Of a stretch of DNA of 64,000 bases, positions 45,549 to 56,403 are shown piece after piece; position 1 is the first letter of the stretch; every line of letters starts with the position of its first letter. A program made the position numbers and the translations under genes. The DNA comes from Candidatus Pacebacteria bacterium CG2_30_36_39 (GTDB lineage: Bacteria > Patescibacteriota > Microgenomatia > UBA1400 > PJMF01): assembly GCA_001873435.1 (NCBI GenBank), contig MNZB01000003.1, positions 6,427-70,426 of the forward strand, written 5' to 3'. A model generated the notes under the pieces. It searched no databases. It saw nothing but the letters and a program-made list of their open reading frames with translations, and was not told the DNA's origin.

Positions 45549-47594
45549 TTATTTATTATCGATGGCACTTGCTGTAGCTTCAACTTGAACGTATTTATCT
45601 TTGTAAACAGGGTCGTTTACGGAAAGATGATTGATAATAAATTGTAATTGTTCTAGTGATTTATCTGGTTGTTTATTTTGTGCATATAAATCAGCCAGCT
45701 CCTCTCTCGCTTTTAAATAATTTGGTTTTAACTGTACACATTTTTCTAAAGAAGCTTGAGCCTCTGGTATTTTATTTATTTCTTTTTGAACAACTCCTAG
45801 GTTGTAGTACAACTTTGCATCATTTGGAGATAAATCTATAGCTGATAAAAGAGTATGTTCAGCATCGACATAATAACTAGGATCGCTTTGTGCTAAAACC
45901 AAGAAAACCCTAGTTCTGGTTTTATAAAAATTAAGATGTCTAGGATTTAATAGCAACGCTTTGTTCGAACTCTGAATAGCTGCGGTAGCCAACTCTTTAC
46001 TAAATTGATCTTGTTTTAGGACATTATATTGAAAAGATAAGACGCTATAAATATTAGCAAACTCATCATAATAAAGAGCTTCATTGGGAGCTAGCTTAAT
46101 AGCCTTTTGTAATGACTGAGCTGCTTCTGTATAACGAGATTCTTTTTGTTGTTCCTCGCTTTTCTTATACCAGCGATCTGCTTGCCAAACTTTTGTAATA
46201 GAAATCATGACGTAGATAGCAGCTAGAGCAACTATTACAGAAAGAAGATGCTGCCACCAAGATAATTTGTTTTTTATTTTTGTTTCAACAATCTCAGTAT
46301 CTCTCAAGGCAATGACTGGCAAAGTAAAAAGAAGTAGGTTAGTGGCAACAATGGAAAAACCAAAGAAATGAACAATCGAAATTCCAATCAAACTTAGGAA
46401 AACCATCCAACTTGAATTAAAAACAGAAGCATATTGTTGGCCTTTTTTCCATAATAACCAACAGGTGATCAAAAGCCAAGCTAGATATGTAGAAAAACCC
46501 AGAATACCAGTTTCAGCCAGATAATTTAAAAATTCATTGTGAACCTTGTTGTATAAAAAATCCCATTCTGAAACTAAATTATGAAGAGCTGGTCTGTCTT
46601 GATAAAAACTATATGCAAAAGTAGCTGGACCAGAGCCAGTGAGTGGATAACGTTGCCAAACAAAAAAAGCACCTTGCCAGACTAAAGTTCTAATGGAAAA
46701 AGAATCAGTGCCTTGGGACAGGTCAAGGTTATTTAATTGCCTCATGGTTCTCTGATGGAGAAGAGAACTACTCAAGACAACTAATACTATAGCAGAAGTA
46801 AATAGAGAGAGCAAAAATAGGCGATGGTTAGCTATCTTTTTAATTACCCTTATCTTATTTACGGCTAATAAAAATCCAAAAACTAAAATCATTCCCAACA
46901 ATGCCATTATTCCAGATCTAGAATGAGTAAACCATAAAACAGTAATACTTAAGCCAGCTACTGTTGACCAAATCCAACGAAGTTTTTTCTCATAGCGAGA
47001 ACGTAAAAAGAATACCAATGGCAATGCTCCAATAATGTAGCTTGCTAGCCAATTTGGTTGGCCAAAAGTACCAAAAACCCTAGCTTGTACATCTTGTTTC
47101 CAGCAGCCAGTATCAAAAGTCTGACGCAAAAGATAACAACTAGGAGAAAAACCAAAATGTTCTGGCAGGGCATAAAGACTTACTAACAGCAAAGCTAGGA
47201 CATTAGTAAGGAAAATGGCATAAATCTTTTTCTTTGGTAATAGATTCCAGAGTCCAAGCGCCAAAACAACGTAGGCTAGGGTAGAGAAAAAACCTCCATT
47301 AAGCCTACTATAGTATCCAAGCCAAGAAGTTCTCCAATGAATAGAAAATAAAGTTGAAATTCCTTGACTTCCTAAAAAAGATAATAAAAGAGTAATAAAA
47401 ACATGGTTTTTCCAAACTATTTTTCTAGTTAAAAATGCCTGAATTAACCATAGAGCTCCAATTAATGTAGCAGCAACATAAACAACGAGCATTTTATTGA
47501 ATTCAAATAGCTCGCTATTACCCCAAAAAAAGAATAAAGGGGTAATGAGAAACACTCCATGATAGATAAAGCTTATCCAAGAAAGCAAAGACAT
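45549..47594 (-). CDS. O-antigen ligase/Wzy_C family protein with C-terminal TPRs
   Basis: RVFGTFGQPN, THSRSG, R..VW..G.G, HNEFL..LAETG; TPR tail. Confidence 0.9.
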   Translation of the reverse strand: MSLLSWISFIYHGVFLITPLFFFWGNSELFEFNKMLVVYVAATLIGALWLIQAFLTRKIVWKNHVFITLLLSFLGSQGISTLFSIHWRTSWLGYYSRLNGGFFSTLAYVVLALGLWNLLPKKKIYAIFLTNVLALLLVSLYALPEHFGFSPSCYLLRQTFDTGCWKQDVQARVFGTFGQPNWLASYIIGALPLVFFLRSRYEKKLRWIWSTVAGLSITVLWFTHSRSGIMALLGMILVFGFLLAVNKIRVIKKIANHRLFLLSLFTSAIVLVVLSSSLLHQRTMRQLNNLDLSQGTDSFSIRTLVWQGAFFVWQRYPLTGSGPATFAYSFYQDRPALHNLVSEWDFLYNKVHNEFLNYLAETGILGFSTYLAWLLITCWLLWKKGQQYASVFNSSWMVFLSLIGISIVHFFGFSIVATNLLLFTLPVIALRDTEIVETKIKNKLSWWQHLLSVIVALAAIYVMISITKVWQADRWYKKSEEQQKESRYTEAAQSLQKAIKLAPNEALYYDEFANIYSVLSFQYNVLKQDQFSKELATAAIQSSNKALLLNPRHLNFYKTRTRVFLVLAQSDPSYYVDAEHTLLSAIDLSPNDAKLYYNLGVVQKEINKIPEAQASLEKCVQLKPNYLKAREELADLYAQNKQPDKSLEQLQFIINHLSVNDPVYKDKYVQVEATASAIDNK

Positions 47595-47697
47595 TGTGAG
47601 CCTATTGTAAGACGAGATTAGTACTTTGGTGAGGACCACATTTTCTGCTATATTAGAGATACCTAAATAGGTAAGCTAATATAATATCGAGAAAACT

Positions 47698-48648
47698 ATG
47701 ACAGATCCTGCCCTTCAACCTAGTCGTTCATCTTACGTTGATTCTTATGTTCCACCTCAAGTAGGTGTAGCAAACAATCAAGTTATTCCTCCAGCTACAT
47801 CAACCAGTACTAGTTCAAGTAGCGATGATGCTCTAAAAAAACTTGAAGAATTGGTTGCGGACTATGAATCAAATAAGGACGAATTAAAAGATATTCAACT
47901 TGCAGAAATTGAGGATTTGCAAAAAAAGACAAACAATGGAGTTTCCACTAAAGTCAGTCATGATATGAATGGTGAGGAAAATGATCCTTTGGCAGAATTG
48001 GAAAAAGCTTTGGGCGAGTACGAAAAGAAGTACCAGGAAAAAATTAAAGCCAATGAACAAGACATTGCTGAAAATCCTGGTCAAAAAACCAAAGTTAGTG
48101 CCCAAGCTTTTGACAAAGCCATGGATCAAATGATGGCAGCTCAAGTAGCAGTCGATCAACCACCAACTGTTCAAAAAACTGATTCAGTTGCCACTAGCGA
48201 TGAAAATAGCGGAGAAGGCATTGATGAACAGAATATTTTTGAACTACTCGGAGTAGTTGATGCTACGGAAGCAGAAAAAGAATCATTTTTAGATGAATTA
48301 CAGCAAGCCTTGTGGGAAGACTTTTTGGATAAAGATTTGTCTTCATTGGTATCAGAGAAGGAAATGGCTGAAATTACAGAAATAAAGAATACGGCTAATT
48401 TGAGTGAAGATGACAAGCAAAGCAAGATTATTGAAAAGATTGAACAATCAGTACCAGATATTGAAGAAATAATGATGGAAAAAGCTCTTGAACTCAAGGA
48501 AGATATGGTTTGGGAAAGAGTTAAAGGTATCCAGGAGCAAATGGGTAAAACTGGTGGTGACATGAGAAAATTAGAGGCAGTAGAGGAATATTTTAGACAA
48601 AACCGCTGGAAAACTGGAAGTAAGATCCTAAATAGCCTCAGTTATTAG
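47698..48648 (+). CDS. Acidic hypothetical protein
   Basis: 316 aa; low-complexity N-terminus, helical C-terminus (NIFELLGV...EKESFL). Confidence 0.8.
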   Translation: MTDPALQPSRSSYVDSYVPPQVGVANNQVIPPATSTSTSSSSDDALKKLEELVADYESNKDELKDIQLAEIEDLQKKTNNGVSTKVSHDMNGEENDPLAELEKALGEYEKKYQEKIKANEQDIAENPGQKTKVSAQAFDKAMDQMMAAQVAVDQPPTVQKTDSVATSDENSGEGIDEQNIFELLGVVDATEAEKESFLDELQQALWEDFLDKDLSSLVSEKEMAEITEIKNTANLSEDDKQSKIIEKIEQSVPDIEEIMMEKALELKEDMVWERVKGIQEQMGKTGGDMRKLEAVEEYFRQNRWKTGSKILNSLSY

Positions 48649-48699
48649 TTTTGAGTATAGACTGGTTTTTCTCTCTTAGATTTGCTAGGCTCTGGATGC

Positions 48700-49569
48700 A
48701 TGAGAAATTCGAATTTTTCTCGATTATCATTGGATTTTTTACATCAAGATCAAGTACTTTTTTGGCTTGAAGGTCGTTTTCTGCTGATGGTTGCTGGCAA
48801 GAAGAGAAAGCAATTGCTTTTAAAAGCTGACTCAGGCATTGCTGATGGTTTAATCGCTAATGAAGAAGCAGCTGTTAAGACAATTAGTGCTTTTTGTCAT
48901 GAAAATGAAATTAGATTCCAGAATTTATTTAAAATTCATCAAGCAATAATTTTTATTCCTACTAATAGCTCTCCAGTGGAGCAGTCTCTGATAAAAAGAG
49001 TTTTCAGTCAGGTTGGTTTTCGCCAAATTGAATTGAGACTTTATGCTACAGCCTTTAGAGCTTTTTTGGCTAAACAAGCATTTGAAAGGGGAATTTTTGT
49101 ATATATTGGCCAAGAAATTAGTGAAATAGGTGTTTTTTCCGATCGTGATCAACAAAGCTTTTCTATATATTTCTCTATTAAAGAAGCAATGGAAATAGTT
49201 ACTCATTTTTTTAGAGAAAAACATTTATTTGAAATATCGCCGGTTGTTGCCAATCAAGTATATGAAGAAATTGGTAAACATGGAGAAAAATTCTCCTTAA
49301 CTATAAGAGGGAGAGAAAGTAGAAGTAGGGAAATTGCCACGCACTCATTTTCTTTTAAAGAAATAGAGCCATTACATCAAGTTCTTAAGCGAAAAGTAGA
49401 AAAGGAATTGTTGAGTGTGATTGGAGATAAGTTATTTCGTGAGATTCAGCCAGATAAATGGGTAATTTTGGGTGATAATTTTTGGTTTAATAATTTGAAG
49501 TCACAAGCTGATAAAGCTTTGCAACTACAAACTGCTTTTGATTTAATGCAGGGAGTGGAATGGCTATGA
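48700..49569 (+). CDS. Highly degenerate MreB-like protein heading the mreCD-pbp2 operon
   Basis: GLIANE, FIPTNSSPVE, VYIGQEISEIG, A.QVYEEIG, IRGRE, VILG match the MreB layout, but the nucleotide motifs are lost. Confidence 0.7.
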   Translation: MRNSNFSRLSLDFLHQDQVLFWLEGRFLLMVAGKKRKQLLLKADSGIADGLIANEEAAVKTISAFCHENEIRFQNLFKIHQAIIFIPTNSSPVEQSLIKRVFSQVGFRQIELRLYATAFRAFLAKQAFERGIFVYIGQEISEIGVFSDRDQQSFSIYFSIKEAMEIVTHFFREKHLFEISPVVANQVYEEIGKHGEKFSLTIRGRESRSREIATHSFSFKEIEPLHQVLKRKVEKELLSVIGDKLFREIQPDKWVILGDNFWFNNLKSQADKALQLQTAFDLMQGVEWL

Positions 49570-50339
49570 CAAACAAATCACTTGATTTTTTTCGTTGGGA
49601 TCAAGTTTTGTTGATCGGTATTAGTGTGCTTTTGCTTGAAAGTGTTGGCTGGCTATTACCAGTTCAAAATTTAACATATGGATATGTTGTAAAACCAATG
49701 AAGCATTGGTGGGTGCAACAAAGTACCAAAGTTACTTCAACAGTTGGCCTTGTCTCGAAACTTTTTAATGCTGCTGCTCATATCCAAGATTTAGAATCTA
49801 GATTAGCAGACGCAGCTGCTTCATTAACTGAACTAGATTCATTGAAAACAGAAAATAAGGAACTTAGGTATTTATTGGAAAACACCGATCGTCCGCAGGG
49901 AAGAACTCTAATTACTAGACCGGTTGTTGCTTTTGCAAAACCAGCTGTCGCTGGAGGTTTAGATCTTCAACTAGAAAAAAATTCTTTAATTTTAAGTAGA
50001 GAAACTCTTTTGGGTCAAATTAGTGAAGTCGGTAATTTTGAATCACAAGTTACTCTTTTATATGAGAAAGAAGCCACTCCAATTTTGGCGGAAACTGACA
50101 CTGGAGTTCAAGGAATAGTTAGGGGAGACGGAAGAAAATTGTTATTTACTGAGGTAGCCAGAACAGCCAATTTAATAGTTGGTCAAAGAGTTATTACTGT
50201 TGGGCAACCTCAGGTAGAACAAGGAATTTTAATAGGTAAAATTGTTGCGATTGAGAATAATATGACAGCCTCTGTTCAAACGGCTGTTATTGAACAATAT
50301 GTTTCTTTTTATGAGAGCCCAGTGGTGGAGGTGAGATGA
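49560..50339 (+). CDS. mreC: Rod shape-determining protein MreC
   Basis: TM, LKTENKELRYLL coiled coil, LLGQI, GIVRG, G..VIT.G, IGKI. Confidence 0.9.
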   Translation: MAMTNKSLDFFRWDQVLLIGISVLLLESVGWLLPVQNLTYGYVVKPMKHWWVQQSTKVTSTVGLVSKLFNAAAHIQDLESRLADAAASLTELDSLKTENKELRYLLENTDRPQGRTLITRPVVAFAKPAVAGGLDLQLEKNSLILSRETLLGQISEVGNFESQVTLLYEKEATPILAETDTGVQGIVRGDGRKLLFTEVARTANLIVGQRVITVGQPQVEQGILIGKIVAIENNMTASVQTAVIEQYVSFYESPVVEVR

Positions 50340-50797
50340 AGAAATTTATTAATCTCAATCAAGATGATACTTTAACCCTATTTCAAAATTTTGTTTACTT
50401 CTTAATTTTATTGGTACTTCTTTCATTTGAAGCGAGCTTTGGCTTACCTTGGTTAAGTATTTATTTTTTTTATCAAGTTGCCATGAGACTAAATATCATT
50501 GGTTTTTGGACACTACTGCTTAGCTTTAGTTTATTGATATCCATTGCTTATCCACTTTCTATCTTTGTAAGTTTTGGTTTATTGATTATTTTATGGTGGG
50601 CAAAACAATATTTTTCTAGAACCAAATGGTTTGGTTTATATATTTTAATCATAACTGCGATGGCGTGGTTGGGTACAAATTTACAACTTTGGTTGGTAAT
50701 TTGGCAAAGTATTTTGAGCTTAATATTCCTTTTCATTCATCTTAGGGGAGTAATTTGGTGGCCAAGAACATGGAAAAACAACGAAAAAATTTATTAA
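50336..50797 (+). CDS. Small membrane protein, MreD position
   Basis: About 5 TM, located between mreC and pbp2. Confidence 0.6.
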   Translation: MKKFINLNQDDTLTLFQNFVYFLILLVLLSFEASFGLPWLSIYFFYQVAMRLNIIGFWTLLLSFSLLISIAYPLSIFVSFGLLIILWWAKQYFSRTKWFGLYILIITAMAWLGTNLQLWLVIWQSILSLIFLFIHLRGVIWWPRTWKNNEKIY

Positions 50798-52632
50798 TAT
50801 TGATTTTTTTTAGTTTAATTAGCATGGCATTAGCTTTGTTAATAGCTAGGGCTGTTGATTTACAAGCTTTTCAAGGAGAGTTTTTTGCTAATATTTCCCA
50901 GAGAAACAGAAAATTTAGAGTAGAACTGCCGGCAGAAAGAGGAATCATCTCAGATCGTTTTGGAGATCCATTGGTGATTAATCAAAGATCATATTTTAAA
51001 GTTTTAGATCCTACAGCTCTTTATTCAAAACAGGAAGCATTGAGTAAGGAGCAAGCACTAGCTTTGGAAATCGAGGATCCTTTTCAAGTTAATTATGTTT
51101 TACAGCGCGTCTATTTGAGGCCTTTTTCCTTGGCGCATTCTCTAGGTTATGTCTCAGGTGTAACAGCTGATGATTTAGAAGAAAACCATCAATTAGAAAT
51201 GAGCGATGTTTTGGGCAGAGTTGGTTTGGAAGCATTTTTTGATGAATCTTTGCGTGGAACCGTGGGTTATAGAGAGTTTGAAATTAATGCCTTAGGAGAA
51301 AAGAGAAGTGAGGCTTTTAGAGTTGAGCCAAAACTTGGAAGAAGTGTTCAATCTTCATTGGATCCATATCTTTCTACAGTTGCTTGGAAAGCTATGGGAA
51401 ATAAAACTGGAGCTGTAGTTATTTTGGATGCAGATACTGGTAAAATTTTAAGTTTAATTAGTACTCCTTCTTTCAATAATAATTTATTTACTCCAACCTA
51501 CCAGCCAGATGAAAAACAACTAAAAACTGCAGAATTAAATACTGCTTTAGCTGATGAAAAAAAACTCTTTTTTAATCGAGCCATTAGCGGTCTTTATGCT
51601 CCTGGTTCAATTTTCAAGTTGGTTACGGCCATAGCTGGTTTGGAAGCGAATGCTTTTACTACCGAAACAACAGTTGATGATCAAGGAGTTCTTGATGTTG
51701 GTGAGTATCGTTATGCTAACTGGTATTACACCCAATATGGCAGAACTGAGGGTCTAATTTCATTGGTTAGAGCAATTGCTCGCAGTAATGATACTTATTT
51801 TTATAAAGCTGCCGAATTAGTTGGTGTTGATGCTTTGGCCCAGCAAGCTGAAGAGCTTGGTTTCGGTAAAAAAACAGGGGTTGAATTACCAGGGGAGAAG
51901 TCTGGTTTAGTACCCAATCCTACTTGGAAGGAAAAAAACATTGGCGAGCGATGGTTTTTGGGTAATACTTTTCATATGGGTATTGGCCAAGGAGATTTGT
52001 TGGTTACACCTCTACAGCAAGCTCAATTAGTTCAGGTCTTTGGTAATGGTGGAAAATTATGTAAGCCAAGTTTAATAGAAAATAATGGTCAATCAACTTG
52101 TAGCAGCATCGGTGTGAAAGACGAAAATTTAGCAGCTGTACAAGAAGGAATGATTCAGGCTTGTTCTCCAGGTGGGGTAGCTTTTCCATTTTTCCCTTGG
52201 AACCAACAGCATCTAGCTCAGTTATCTGCTGAAACTGTTTCTCCACAGCAACAAATTAATAATGGAGTAATAGCTTGTAAAACTGGGACTGCTGAGTTTG
52301 GAGCTGCTGACCAACGTGGTTATCGCAAAACTCATGCTTGGTTTGGAATGACTGTTGGCGGAGTAAAGAAGATGCTTGAGGAACAAACAAAAGTTTTGGG
52401 AGAAAATACCGCGCTTCAATCTCCAACAATTGATGAAAATTCTGAAGCAGAGCGAGATTTATCTGTTGAAAAAGCTAAATGGCTAGTTCTTTTGAAGAAA
52501 AACTCTTTTCCTAATACCATAGCGATTGTTGTTTTGGTTGAGAGTGATGAAGTTCAACCCTACCAAGAAGGTTCTAGAGATGCTGCTCCTGTCGCACTTG
52601 AAATTTGGAACTGGATGATGGGTTTAGAGTAA
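50770..52632 (+). CDS. mrdA: Penicillin-binding protein 2 (class B)
   Basis: AERGIISDR, NRAI.G.Y.PGSIFK (SxxK), SND, GIGQG, KTGTAE. Confidence 0.93.
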   Translation: MEKQRKNLLILIFFSLISMALALLIARAVDLQAFQGEFFANISQRNRKFRVELPAERGIISDRFGDPLVINQRSYFKVLDPTALYSKQEALSKEQALALEIEDPFQVNYVLQRVYLRPFSLAHSLGYVSGVTADDLEENHQLEMSDVLGRVGLEAFFDESLRGTVGYREFEINALGEKRSEAFRVEPKLGRSVQSSLDPYLSTVAWKAMGNKTGAVVILDADTGKILSLISTPSFNNNLFTPTYQPDEKQLKTAELNTALADEKKLFFNRAISGLYAPGSIFKLVTAIAGLEANAFTTETTVDDQGVLDVGEYRYANWYYTQYGRTEGLISLVRAIARSNDTYFYKAAELVGVDALAQQAEELGFGKKTGVELPGEKSGLVPNPTWKEKNIGERWFLGNTFHMGIGQGDLLVTPLQQAQLVQVFGNGGKLCKPSLIENNGQSTCSSIGVKDENLAAVQEGMIQACSPGGVAFPFFPWNQQHLAQLSAETVSPQQQINNGVIACKTGTAEFGAADQRGYRKTHAWFGMTVGGVKKMLEEQTKVLGENTALQSPTIDENSEAERDLSVEKAKWLVLLKKNSFPNTIAIVVLVESDEVQPYQEGSRDAAPVALEIWNWMMGLE

Positions 52633-52667
52633 GCTATTTTTCATTTTTCTCACTTACAATTTGAGTT

Positions 52668-53546
52668 ATGAATTTTTCTCGCGAGTTTATGATTGCTCTT
52701 TATGCTTTGAATGGGGTTGGAGTAAAAACATACCAAAAAATACTTAAAACCCTAAATATACTCGAAGCGACTGAGTCTGACTTTTGGGTCAATAAAGGAG
52801 ATATCTGGGGGAAAATACCGCTTAATAAAAATATAGAAAAATCAATCTATTTTTTTAAAAAAGAATATACAAGTTATTCATATTCTCAATTTTTATTATC
52901 AAAAGAGATTCGGGTAGTATTTACCAAAGACCAAGAATATCCAAAACTACTAAAGCAAATCGATTTTCCACCGCCAATAATTTATGTCAAAGGAGCATTT
53001 CTTAATTTAAATCAGCCATTAGCCATAGTTGGCACCAGGCATCCCACTAAATATGGAATCAAAGTTCTTGAAGAATTAGTACCTAGCTTAGCCAAAACAA
53101 GAACGATTGTATCTGGTTTTATGTATGGAACAGATATCTTGGCTCAAGAAATTGTCTTAAAAGTCTCTGGTTATACCGTTGGTGTCCTTGGTTTTGGCTT
53201 TGATGCAATGTATCCAGCATCTTTTAAGCAAAAATTTACTGATTTTATAGCAAATGGAGCTAGTTTTATTTCTCCATTTGCTCCCAACATTCAGCCAAGA
53301 CCAGGCAATTTTCCAGCGCGAAATCTAATAGTGGCTGGAATGTCAGAGGGAGTGTGCGTAATCGAAGCCGCCTCGCAGAGTGGCAGTTTGATTACAGCCA
53401 GGTTGGCTGGTGAGTTGGGTAGAGATGTGTGGGCAGTTTCTGGTTCTATTTTTAATAAATTCTCACGGGGAACCCAAGATTTAATTAATCAGGGTGCAAA
53501 AATGATTTGTCGTCCAGAAGACATTAATAATGAGTTCATGCTTTAG
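52668..53546 (+). CDS. dprA: DNA-processing protein DprA
   Basis: YPKLL, AIVGTR, IVSG, FPARN.IVAG, VIEAA..SGSLITA. Confidence 0.96.
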   Translation: MNFSREFMIALYALNGVGVKTYQKILKTLNILEATESDFWVNKGDIWGKIPLNKNIEKSIYFFKKEYTSYSYSQFLLSKEIRVVFTKDQEYPKLLKQIDFPPPIIYVKGAFLNLNQPLAIVGTRHPTKYGIKVLEELVPSLAKTRTIVSGFMYGTDILAQEIVLKVSGYTVGVLGFGFDAMYPASFKQKFTDFIANGASFISPFAPNIQPRPGNFPARNLIVAGMSEGVCVIEAASQSGSLITARLAGELGRDVWAVSGSIFNKFSRGTQDLINQGAKMICRPEDINNEFML

Positions 53547-53624
53547 GTCAACTTTGAATAAAATATCAAAATCCTGCCTTGTGAATAGGCAAGAATTGAT
53601 CGATAGTGTATAGTCGTTGAGTGT

Positions 53625-55805
53625 ATGGCGAGTAAAAAAATGAAGCTAGTTATTGTTGAATCACCTACAAAAGCCCGTAAATTACGTGGCTATTTAGGTA
53701 GTGATTATATAGTTGAAGCTTCAGTTGGTCACATCCGTGATTTACCAACCAAATCCCTGGGAATTAACATCGAAAAAGATTTTGAACCAGAATACGAAGT
53801 TAGCCCTGGTAAGAAAAAAGTTTTAGCTCAGTTAAAAAAAGCAGCCAAAGAATCAGATACTGTTTATCTCGCTATGGATCCTGATCGTGAGGGCGAAGCT
53901 ATTGCTTGGCATGTTAAGCATTTGTTAGATGATAATAAGGGTAGTTTAAAGTTTGTTCGCTCAACATTTCATCAAATTACTAAAACAGCTGTTATGGATG
54001 CCATTAATCATCCTAGTGAAATTATTTTAGATCTAGTTGATGCCCAGCAAGCTCGTAGAGTAGTTGATCGTTTGGTGGGATATAAAGTTTCACCAGTGCT
54101 TTGGAAAAAAGTAAGACGTGGCTTATCTGCTGGAAGAGTTCAATCCGTTGCCTTGAGATTAATCGTAGAAAGAGAACGAGAAATAGAGGCATTTAAGGCA
54201 GAAGAATATTGGGAAGTTAATGTTGGTTTAAATACAGAAGATAAAAAAATAACTATTTTTGAAGATGGTAAGCCAAAAGAAGATTTGGTTGAAACAGTAT
54301 TTTTATCTCAGGTAACAAAGTGGGGAAGTAAAAAGTTTGAGCCAAAACAAGAAGCAGACATTACTCCTGTTGTTGATTTTTTAAAAATTGCCTCATATCA
54401 AGTTACTGATGTAGAACAAAAGCAACGTACTCGTCAAAGCTTGCCTCCATTTACTACTTCAACCTTACAACAAGCAGCGGCTAATAAATTTGGTTATTCT
54501 GCCAAGCAAACAATGGCTTTAGCTCAACAATTATATGAAGAAGGCTTGATTACTTATCATCGTACCGACTCAGTAAATTTGGCAACTGAAGCAATTGCTG
54601 CGGCTAGATCAGTAATTTCTTCTAAATATGGTGATAAATATTTACCGAGCCAACCACGTTTATTTGCCACTAAATCAAAAAATGCTCAAGAAGCTCATGA
54701 GGCTATTCGTCCTACTGATGCTGATTTGTCAGCAGACCTAGCAATTCAAAAAATTAAAGGTCTCCAACCACAACAAGAAAAACTCTATGACCTCATTTGG
54801 AAACGCTTTATTGCCTCACAAATGGAATCTGCTATTTATCAGCAAACCAAAGCTACTATTGAAGCTAGGAAAGATAGTCAAATTGCCGAATTACAAGCAA
54901 ACGGTTCAGTTAAAGAGTTCGATGGTTGGATGATTCTATTTAGTGGCAATGGTGATACTTTGCTACCTTTATTGACTAAAGGTCAAGAAATCTATGAATC
55001 AGATTTATTTGCTGCTCAAAAATTCACTCAACCTCCAGCTAGATATAACGATGCTTCTTTAATTAAAGAATTAGAAAAACGTGGTATTGGTCGTCCTAGT
55101 ACTTACGCTAGTATTATTTCGGTTATTGTTGATCGTTCATATGTTGAACGCAAAGAGAAAAGATTTTTTGCTGCCCAAATTGGTAAAGTGGTAAGTGATT
55201 TCCTAGTAGAACATTTTCCAGAGATCATGAGCTATGATTTCACTGCGGAAATGGAAGAAGATTTGGATCGCATTGCTCGCGGAGAGAAGGAATGGAAAAA
55301 AGTAGTTAAAAATTTCTTTACTCCTTTATCAAAGAAGATTGGTGATGTGGAAAAAACTGCAGACAGAGCTGAAATTCCAGTTGTAAAGACAGGCATCGCC
55401 TGTCCTACCTGTGGTGAAACAGAGCATGGGGAGATAGTAATACGCGATGGTCGCTTTGGAAAATTTAAGAGTTGCAGTCGTTTTCCTGAATGCAAATTTA
55501 CTGAAAACATTGTTGAAAAATTAGAGGGACAGCTTTGTCCTTTGTGTCAAAAAGGCGACATTGTGATTAAGCCAAGTAGATGGGGCAAACCTTTTTTTGG
55601 TTGTGGTAGTTATCCTGAATGTAACTGGGCTAGTTGGACTAAACCAGCCCCAGATCTTAAGATTTCTGAGAGTGAGTGGAAAGAGCAGCAAGCAGCTAGG
55701 GCTGAACGTAAAAAAGCTCGTGATGAAGCCAATGAAGCAAAAGCTAAACCAAAAAAAGCAACAAAATCAAGTAAAAAGAAATCTACTCGTACTAAGAAAA
55801 AATAA
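53625..55805 (+). CDS. topA: DNA topoisomerase I
   Basis: IVESPTKA, DPDREGE, SAGRVQS, ITYHRTDS, GIGRPSTY, C4 zinc fingers, Lys-rich tail. Confidence 0.98.
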   Translation: MASKKMKLVIVESPTKARKLRGYLGSDYIVEASVGHIRDLPTKSLGINIEKDFEPEYEVSPGKKKVLAQLKKAAKESDTVYLAMDPDREGEAIAWHVKHLLDDNKGSLKFVRSTFHQITKTAVMDAINHPSEIILDLVDAQQARRVVDRLVGYKVSPVLWKKVRRGLSAGRVQSVALRLIVEREREIEAFKAEEYWEVNVGLNTEDKKITIFEDGKPKEDLVETVFLSQVTKWGSKKFEPKQEADITPVVDFLKIASYQVTDVEQKQRTRQSLPPFTTSTLQQAAANKFGYSAKQTMALAQQLYEEGLITYHRTDSVNLATEAIAAARSVISSKYGDKYLPSQPRLFATKSKNAQEAHEAIRPTDADLSADLAIQKIKGLQPQQEKLYDLIWKRFIASQMESAIYQQTKATIEARKDSQIAELQANGSVKEFDGWMILFSGNGDTLLPLLTKGQEIYESDLFAAQKFTQPPARYNDASLIKELEKRGIGRPSTYASIISVIVDRSYVERKEKRFFAAQIGKVVSDFLVEHFPEIMSYDFTAEMEEDLDRIARGEKEWKKVVKNFFTPLSKKIGDVEKTADRAEIPVVKTGIACPTCGETEHGEIVIRDGRFGKFKSCSRFPECKFTENIVEKLEGQLCPLCQKGDIVIKPSRWGKPFFGCGSYPECNWASWTKPAPDLKISESEWKEQQAARAERKKARDEANEAKAKPKKATKSSKKKSTRTKKK

Positions 55806-55816
55806 TTTTCATTGCT

Positions 55817-56401
55817 ATGCAGATTATGCTCTTTGGAGGAGCTTTTGATCCTCCACACCTCGGCCATCAATACATTACCAAAAATATTTTGGATCAAAAC
55901 ATTGCTGATCAAGTTTGGTATGTACCTGCCAAAAATCATCCTTTTGCCAAAAACATGAGTCCAGCTAAAGATCGTCTGGCTATGTTGCAGTTTTTAGTTG
56001 CTCAAGACTCTAGAACTCGCATTGAGACTTATGAACTGGATAAAGAAGGGGTGAGTTATTCTTATCAAACTCTTAAAGCTTTATCTGCTAAGTATCCAGA
56101 ACATGAATTTTCTTGGTTAATTGGTTCAGACAATCTAGCCAAATTTCATCTTTGGGGCGATGGAAATGGAGGAGATTATAGAATTATGCTTGGAAAATAT
56201 AAGTTTTATGTTTATCCACGCAAGAACTTTTCCTTTTCACCTCTTTATGACAATATGTTTCCCTTAAAAAACATGCAAGAAATCGAGATTTCATCTACTT
56301 TGATTAGAAATCAGTGCTTGAATGATTCAACAATAGATAAACTAGTTGATCCAGCAGTGGTTGAATATATTAAAAATAACCAGTTATACCAAAAGGAGTA
56401 G
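55817..56401 (+). CDS. nadD: Nicotinate-nucleotide adenylyltransferase
   Basis: FGGAFDPPHLGH, LIGSD, ISSTLIR. Confidence 0.95.
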   Translation: MQIMLFGGAFDPPHLGHQYITKNILDQNIADQVWYVPAKNHPFAKNMSPAKDRLAMLQFLVAQDSRTRIETYELDKEGVSYSYQTLKALSAKYPEHEFSWLIGSDNLAKFHLWGDGNGGDYRIMLGKYKFYVYPRKNFSFSPLYDNMFPLKNMQEIEISSTLIRNQCLNDSTIDKLVDPAVVEYIKNNQLYQKE

Positions 56402-56403
56402 TT

